Below, piece by piece: positions 49,582 through 64,000 of a DNA stretch of 64,000 bases (within the stretch, counting starts at the first letter, position 1; the number at the start of each line of letters is the position of its first letter). Location: positions 293,116 through 357,115 of the forward strand of contig WELB01000007.1 of NCBI GenBank assembly GCA_009602725.1. Direction: 5' to 3'. The translations under genes were made by a program, and so were the position numbers. The stretch is from Spirogloea muscicola. Its lineage: Eukaryota. The notes under the pieces were generated by a model. The model was not told the origin of the DNA. It worked only from the letters and a program-made list of their open reading frames with translations, and searched no databases.

Positions 49582-52500
49582 CTATACACGTAGTGGCTTC
49601 AAGCCAAGGGAGGCTCGCAAGCGGTTGGCCTCAGCAATCTCAGGATTTTTGTGGTCAGTTCCATCAGTCACCTTCTCCTTCTTTTTGGCCTCCTTATTCT
49701 TCTTGCCATCTCCTGCTGCGGAGTCCTGTGGCGGGCTGCGGCTCCTCCCGCGTTTCCTTCTCTCCCCCTCATCAGGCGTTTTGGACCTTCGAACGCCCGC
49801 TCGTCGCCTCTCCTCCGTCCTTTCCGTATCGTCATCCTCGTCTCTGTGTCTAATTCCTTCATGCTGGCGCTCATGATGCTTGTCATTCTTGGTATCATGG
49901 TCCGTGCTGTGATCCCTGCTCCTTTCTGGAGCTCTGTCTCTTCCACCTTCTCGATCGCGAGCATGATGCCCGCTGTCTTTATGCCCATCTTGCCCCTGAT
50001 TATGATCACGGTCACGGTTGCGAGTTCGATCCCTGCTCCGATGATGATCCTCATGCTCCATTTCCCGGTTCTGGTCATGGTCTCGGACCCCATCACGATC
50101 CCGATCGCGGTCCATGCGGCCATTCCTCTCCCTGTGCCTATCGCGATCTGGTTCTTTACCACGCTCCCGATCATAGTCTCGGTCTCGATCTCGGTCTCTA
50201 TCTCTGTCTCTGTCTCGGTCTGGTTCTCTATCTCTACCTCTGGCTCTCTCCCTGTCTCGGTCTCTACCTTGGTCTCTATCACCATCCCCATCTCTGGTTC
50301 TGTCTCTGTATTTGCCTCTGTCTCTGTCCCTGTCTCTCTCCCTCTCCCTCTCCCTCTCCCTGTCCCTGTCTCTGTCTCTGTCTCTGTCTCTGTCTCTGTC
50401 TCTGTCTCTGTCTCTGTCCCTCTCTTTGTCTCTGTCTCTGTCTCTGTTCCTATCTCTGTCCTTCTCGGCGTCCCGCTCTCGGTCCCTGTCCTTCTCCCGC
50501 TCTTTGTCCCTGGTCGGCTCCAAATCCCTGCACCGTAACATCTGATCTACCGTCAAACTGATGCAATTGACTCCACTGCAGCTGTGGCATGGACCAGTCG
50601 CCCATGCTGCTGCCGCCAATTTGTCGTTGCTTGGTGAGGAGGTTACATGCTGGCAATTAAGCACCGATACTACTGTTTGTATTGTCAAGACGGTTGCTAC
50701 ACTAGGACATAATTTCCAGGCTGCCACACCACAGCAATAGACAGCTGCAATTCGTGTTTTCAACAGAAGTTGAGATGTGCAGCCCATCATACTCCCCTCT
50801 GCGAACCACCAGCGCAGAGGAACCTGGCAGGGCTTTGCAAATTATTGCTCTAGGGAGGACAAGGGGACTTTGTGAGGCAAATCGCATCCTCCTCTTCGGG
50901 AGAAAATTTGCTTTGTTGCCAGGGCTGTCGGCACCCAGCATGCTGCCAAGGGTGGCTATGAAGCAGCGTAACCACAAGTCCATCCCAATCTACTGACAAC
51001 ACTGTGGAGGCCAAGGCCAGCTAAGTTGCCAACCCTCATACGGACCTTGCACTCAGTGCTCAATAGGAGGGTGCATAAGGAAGAAGGCTGAGACGACTTG
51101 CCTGTGGCCATTGCGGTGCCGACTGTGATCCTGATCTTGCTCTGCCTGACGTTCAAGCTCTGAGTCTCTTGTTCCTTTCTGATCCTGCGCAGTCAGGACA
51201 CAGCGCAGACAAGATAAGAGCATGCATGCACCTTGCAGATTGGGTTGTACTGAGGGCTATTCATGATGAGGACTTGTGTTAAATAGAATGATTCTGGAGA
51301 TGAAATCTTGCATGGCAGGATGTTGCCTTGAGATACATCAGCATGGTGAAAGCCAAAGGTCCCTCTTAGCACCTTGTCGCCATCAGCAGGAAGCCCATCA
51401 GCTGCCTCCTCCTCTCGCTCCTCTTCTTCCTCAAAGTCATCCTCAAGGGCACTCTTCCGTAGCTCTAATTGTCCAGCATTCTCCAGAGTCCAGCTGATAT
51501 ATGGAGAAGGGGTGCAGGATAAGTGGACTCCAGGCTACAAGAAGCAGACACCATATCATACCAGATACTTTGCCTTCCTAGCTAAGCTGGACCAAGAGGA
51601 CAGATGAGTTGCCTAGCAGTCCCGAAGAGTGCTTACCGCTTAGGGATGCGAGGAAGGGAGATGTCACAGGTGTAGTCCTTCGTGAGTAGCTCATCAATGT
51701 ACTCGTCAACATGGCTCAGGCGAAACACTGACCACCAAACACGACATGCAGCGTAGTCAGCTCACAGTCTCGGTCTTCACTCCAAACTTGTGCAGAATAC
51801 TCTGGCAATGACTGGCAAGTTAGGGTTATATGAAAAGGCAGCTGGGATGCATCAAAGCCATCCTGCAGGCCCCACAGGACTGACTGTAGAATATGCTTAA
51901 CGTGAATGCCAACTAAGAAGCACATGGGCTCCTGCTGATGTAAGCTGCAAGCGCAAGTGCGCTTACGTCCGTCGGCGGTCTTGTGCCTGAGCTTCCTGTA
52001 GTCGTTGTAGAGGGGCTCCAAGTATTGGTACACGTCCATGGGCTTGCCGACCAGACGAAGGTAGAACGCGCCCAGAATCCGGACATATCTGCGAGACAGC
52101 AGCAGAGTGGAATCGCTCAGCTAGCTATGGGCCTGCTGGCTCCACAGAAAGGCAAGCGGAGCCAGGTCCCGAGCACAGGCGCAGTCACGTGCTGGGCCTG
52201 CAGTGCCACGCGCCGTGACAGGAGCTGCTGACAACACAAGAGCAAGAGGATACGGATTGTGTGCCCTTTTGCGGCCTTCATGCAGCTCGGCATCCCACAA
52301 AAGCTGCCGTTGGCTGACACCGCGCCGTCGGCCGCACAGCTTCAAGAGAGGCCGCTGCGCAGCAGGGTAGCAGCAGGCCGATGGCAGCGGGAGCAGCAAG
52401 GCACGCACTTGAATTCCTCGTTCTTGATGAACTCGACGACGATCTCCTTCTCCGGCTGGATCTGCAGCATCTTGAGCGCCAGGCACATGAACGGCGTGGC

Positions 52501-52981
52501 CTTGCGGTTGCCGCCGAAGGTGCCGCCAAAGTGGTCCAGCTCCATGGCCTTGTCCACCAGCGTCTCGGCTGCAGCAGGGCCCGGCAGGCGGCGGGCGCGT
52601 GAGCGGGCGCGCGCAAGGGCAGTGGAGTGTGAGTCGAGTGAAGGAGGGCCTGGTCAGTGGCCAGGTACATAGGCAAGCACATCGACAGATGCACATCACC
52701 TGCTGCTAAGCTGGGCTTGCTCAGTAAGTAAGCACGAGTCGGCACGTGGAGGCCGCTGACCGATGCCCGGAGGCCGGGCGGCAATCGGCAAGCCGTCGTG
52801 CCACCAGCTGAGGCTGGGAGGCGGGCAGCAGGGCGGCGGAGGTGCGCGCACCGGTGAGGCCGAAGCACTGCTCCTTCCAGTACGTGTTCTGGTAGATCTT
52901 GGCGCGCAGGATCTTCTCCACCAGGTTCTGCGGGTTCGTCCCGTGCACGCTGCGCGCCGCCGGGTCCGTGCGGTTCGCCAT
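49582..52981 (-). CDS. PRP38: Pre-mRNA splicing factor PRP38 with RD/RE-rich C-terminus, spliced
   Basis: MANRTDPAARSVHGTNPQNLVEKILRAKIYQNTYWKEQCFGLTAETLVDKAMEL...KATPFMCLALKMLQIQPEKEIV; C-terminal EIAEANRLRASLGLKPL. Confidence 0.95.
50160..50500. repeat. Coding (TCTCTG)n-like low-complexity tract encoding RD repeats of PRP38
   Basis: tctctg/tccctc hexamer runs translate on the minus strand as RDRDRD/RERERE. Confidence 0.9.
52643..52756 (-). mobile_element. Family-H retroelement 3' fragment inside PRP38 intron 1 (52569-52851)
   Basis: ggcaagcacatcgacagatgcacatcacctgctgctaagctg matches about 37760-37803 and 14025-14070; ORF tail LHVPTRAY. Confidence 0.75.
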
Positions 52982-53018
52982 GGCCCCGCCGCCGGCCGCG
53001 CCCGGCGCCGGCGGCGGN

Positions 53019-56000
53019 GCCCGGCGCCGGCGCCGGCTGCGGCGGCGGCGGCCCGCCCGGGCTCTCTCCGGGCCTGGCGCAGTTGCTGGCGGGCGACCGG
53101 CGGCACCGGGCCAGCCGCGAGGCCGTCAAGAAGCCCGATGGCGTGCACCGTGAGGTGCGGTCCGGCGCTCCCCGGCTCTGCCTGCGGCGTCGGCCCGCTT
53201 TCTGCCGGACGTCCGTGGTCAACCGCTGGAGACGATCTCGAGGGAGGGACCTCGTCCAATGGCGGTCGTGACGGCCTGCCTGCGCTGCGGCCTGTGCCCC
53301 AGGTGTTTGCGCTTACGGGCGGCGTGGCACCCATCGCGCTCTCCGCGGCCGCGGGAGGCTTCAAGAGCAAGGCCAAGCCCGCGGCTGCTCACAAGGTGGC
53401 CAGCCGCTCCACGATGCTGCAGTCGAGTCCCGGTGGCTGGCCTGTGCGTGTGCTCTGAAAGCAGGCTGGCGAGCTCGCAGTGCATGTTGCGCTGACAGCA
53501 GCACCGCGCATCTACGCCCAGGTCAAGTGGAAGTGGCGTCCCTTTTCCAACTCGGCCCGCAAGGACGGCTTGCAGCTCCACCACTGGGTAGCTCTGCCAG
53601 CCTTTCCCTCTCAACCGGCAATGCTGAGCAGGGCTTCCAGTCGCACATGGGCTGCAGGTCATGACATTGAGGTAGGCTCGGCTGCATATGCATGGGCTAT
53701 GCAGGCCCGAGTCAGTGACGCTGAAGAGCCTCAAGGCGACTACATCTATGCCAAGTACAATAAGGTGAGTACCTTGAGTCCATATATGGAGGTGCTGAGA
53801 GCTGGAAATATGCTGCAGGCCAGCTTCTCTGCTTGCTTTGAAGCCGACTTGATTGAAAAGCTCAATCAAGTCTGCAGGCAGTGGAGATGGTGAGATACAC
53901 AGATGACGAGTACTTGCAACAACTGCACGATCCCGTGGGTTTTCACTATCTCGTGATAAGATTCAAGTGTAGGAGTGCTCGTTACTGATGACATATGTTG
54001 CTGTACTAATTGCCCTTGGGTAACACTGGAAACATCAGTGATAGGAAACATTTGCGCTGAAGAATTCACAAAGTAGAGATCAAGGTTGTACTAGCATCAG
54101 GAGATAGGAAAGTCAGGCCGAAGTGACTTTTGAGTGCTGGTCTTACTGCAGAGGTGGAGCAAGGATGAGACCGACCACCTCTTTGACCTTTGCGCACGTT
54201 TCGATTTGCGCTTTATCGTAATAGCAGACCGATACCAGCAAAAGTGGTCCAACAGGAGTGTCGAGGAGCTCAAGGACCGCTACTACACAAGTAAGGGCGG
54301 TGGCTCTTGGCAAGCTACATTCTGCATAGGACGGACAAGCCACTTTCTGCATAGAACGGGGCTAGGTTCCTGAGCTGTTGTTCAGTCGAGCATGCTATGC
54401 AGCTCACTTCTTGCACCCAAAGACAACGTGCAGACTGGTCATTCTAGATGGAGGGCTTACACGTCTTTCTTACTCACTCAGTTGCCCAGAAAATAGCAGT
54501 GATGAGGGAGGGTACAGCCGAGGAGATCGGCGAGCGATTGCTTCTGAAGGTGCATACTGCTGCTTGGTGCTCCAAAAGTTAGTTACAGAGGAGCTGTCAG
54601 TCATCTTTGATGGCTTTTATTGAAGACGACTGATGCCAAATCTGATGATTGCAAGTCAATAGCCTGTTGCTGCTGTATGCTTTTACTTGTAAGTCTCCTA
54701 CATCTTCTGCCAAGCTCACTCATAGCGCGTAGGTGTGGTCTTCTTCTCTGCGTGGTTTTCAGGAGCCATTCAATCTCCAGCATGAAGTAGAGCGCAAACA
54801 CGCACTCAGCCTGCAGCTTATGTCATCAAGACATCAAGAGCTGGAAGAAGCTGAGGTAGTGAAGGATCAAGCACCGTTGAAAGATGCTGATTGGGCACCT
54901 AGGTCGAAGCACTGAGGATGCGTGCTACTGATACGGCGCACCTCAACAAAGAGCAAATAAGCTGCTCATTTTCTCTGGTGACCCAAATTTGTGTTCTCAT
55001 ATTAGGTCCTTGCAGAGGCGAAGCGGATCATGGAGGAGCGACATCTGGTGCCTGGGGTATACACTGCAACATGCACAAGAAGGCTGCATATCGTGGATGC
55101 TTCTCTTTTCTGTGGCTCTGTGGGAGTGGCCATCCTCTAAAGATGCAAATGGCACGTTGGGCCCTGCTCAGGTGGCATCTGCCCATGGTGATGATGGAGC
55201 TTCCTTGAATGGCATCCTTGGTGATCAGCACCTGCGGAACTTTGCTGTTGATGCCAACCATGCCAGCCCAACTGCTACGCCTTCCTCGCGCCCGGTACGT
55301 ACATACTTCATTCTCGTGCAGAATGTCCGATTTGGTGTTCAATTGGTGGACTTGCTCTGCTAAGAGCTGCTCCTCTCCTCTTCGTACGCGGCTTGCAGAA
55401 TCTGTAGTCCTACTATGAACACATTACCACCTGTATGCCATGCCCTTCTTGCAGCCTCGAGTTTACTTGAGAGGGACGAGATTGCAGCAGTCTGTACAAG
55501 CAGCAGCTACTGCTGCTGGAGCTCGTTCTGCTAAAAGGATAGAACAGATCATGCAGGAGCTTGGCGTGAGTTGGGCCCCTCCTCATCATTGAATCAGTCG
55601 TCTCTGCTATTAAGCTATGCTTTGCAGGCTGCCTACCCACAAGTGCCATGTGACACACAGCAGGATTGCTTGCTATGCTTTCACACCAATAGCTCTCCCT
55701 GTACTTGGCGCAGGTCACCGTCAAGCCCAAAGTACCAACTCGGGCTGTTTGCAGCGAATTTTTGGCATTGAGAAAAGCAGTGCTGTCCTTGCTGGGTCTG
55801 CAGAAGCGAGTATTTTCAGATTGCCTCTCCACTGCGCATGCTTAGTAAGTCACAGTAGTGAAGACACCTGACATCCATCCACATCTCAAACATTTGTAAG
55901 CCAGTGCAAGTTGTGCCTGACCAAAAATGAATACTGTGGTCCTCTGTCCTGTGGCTGATAGTAAGCCGCATGATGTCATCCTACTGACAGGTCAGCTGGA

Positions 56001-56547
56001 AGGAGAACGAGGTTGCCTTACTTCGAGAGAATCCTTATGCAGCCCCCACAAGATTTCGAGATGGCGACAAGCTTGGGAGTCGAGGAGATGGAGAGGGTGA
56101 GGCCTGTGATATATCTGATGATGAGATGTGCTGCTCAGGTCTTGTATATTACCTTGTCCTGCCATAGTCACCAGGGGTATTTATGATTTCCGTGTTGATA
56201 TTAGTCCCTGCTTGCACTTGCAGCTGATCGATCTCTCAAGCGGGACCAGAAGCGCAAGGTAAGCTTTGTGACATTCATCCATATGTGATTGTCAATAAAG
56301 CAAGGGGTTCTTTGTCACTGTGTTGTATCTGCGGTTTCATTTGCAAGATCAGAAAACACATCTGTGCAGGAAAGCTTTTGTATAGGTGCCTCCTGAAGCT
56401 GCCCCTTGAGCACTCCTGCACTCCTGCATGTTTAGTGCCTGACCCTACTGGTTGTTTCCACAGGCACCACACAAGCAGGCTGATGCCCTGCCTACCTTTG
56501 CACAACAACAAAAGCGGGCCAGAAGACTCAAGGTACCCGAAGATTGA
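53019..56547 (+). CDS. SWC4: SWR1/NuA4 subunit SWC4 (DMAP1/EAF2 homolog); start codon not visible (n at 53018)
   Basis: [48 protein letters not shown] domain [27 protein letters not shown]...[21 protein letters not shown]. Confidence 0.9.
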
Positions 56548-57121
56548 GAACCAAATTGAATTTGTTGACACTTCACCAGATCCCGGCTCAGATGAACAAG
56601 TTTCTGTAGATACACCACAAGGGGTATTGAAGCAGGTTGTATCGTCTAGACTTGCATAGAAGTTGCTTCTGAAGTTGTACAGCCTGGGCTCTCCCAGTAT
56701 AGGGGGTCCACGTATAGTTTAACGAAAATGGACCCAATTTGGTCCATATTACAAGGTAGAAGCTGTCTTACCGGTACATCTTCCTGAACAGTGAGGAGGT
56801 GGTCATATTCTTCCTCCATGGTCAGTGGCCTGTTTGCCTGCGTGTAAAATTGCAATTCGTACATTTCAGTGGGCTTCAGCATTGATCTTGTCAATAATCT
56901 AGAACGGCCCAAAGCTAATCACCTAGGCGGGTTGACGGACAGCTCAAGCACCTTGTGGAAGCCTGCTAACCACTGAGGGGCTCCGAGTAGTGCTTTCATC
57001 ATCTTCACCTGCAGAAGCATATGATAGGGACATTCTATCCTTCTGCAGTTGAGTGGTACCAATGAGTGCCAACTCCATAGAGGTTCTTGGGCACGCATGC
57101 TTCTGCCTTCAATGTGTTTGT

Positions 57122-63823
<6,702 letters not shown>

Positions 63824-64000
63824 TTGTAGATGCCTTGCTAGGAGCACAGCACGAGGCTCGACTTGGATCTCATCCTCTGTCAAATGCTGATACTGAGCAC
63901 TTACAATTGGAAATGAAAGTGGAATTGAGGGGTTTTCGTACCCCGGCCCGGTGTGGCGATCTTCCAGTCTGGGTCATATGCAAGTTCTTTTTCTTGCACG

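Noticed and set aside
49651..50538. 295-aa hydrophobic VSVS-rich ORF
   Set aside because: Antisense reading of the PRP38 RD repeat.
52978..53020. PRP38 and SWC4 apparently sharing overlapping start codons in CCATGG
   Set aside because: The plus-strand ATG is out of frame with SWC4, and the n at 53018 probably marks a collapsed gap hiding the true promoter and start.

Overview
Eukaryotic, intron-rich nuclear DNA. Gene content, GC-rich first exons and TTTAGGG repeats suggest a streptophyte green alga or other early-diverging plant lineage (inference). Eleven spliced protein-coding genes are supported: a secreted EGF-repeat protein, PDAT, NDUFB2, a class-3 lipase-like protein, a JmjC protein, a UBE2O/UBC23-24-type E2, a SWSAP1-like ATPase, poly(A) polymerase, PRP38, SWC4/DMAP1, a DDX52/ROK1-type helicase; a twelfth, an NSI/SNAT-type GNAT, lacks its start in a gap. 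The main non-genic signal is dense mosaics of short 3'-end fragments from at least 7 diverged families (labelled A-H here) of an RLE-type (CRE-like) non-LTR retrotransposon, plus one decayed RT-bearing copy at about 6.6-8.0 kb. Most families share a C-terminal peptide (SDLxLLTRGY*-like) and a GGGCTG-loop-CAGCCC 3' hairpin before a pyrimidine-rich tail. The fragments pack into gene 5' flanks, are absent from three short convergent intergenic gaps, are chained head-to-tail across families, and often begin just upstream of the element stop codon. Exon and repeat boundaries were read by eye; repeat edges are approximate.
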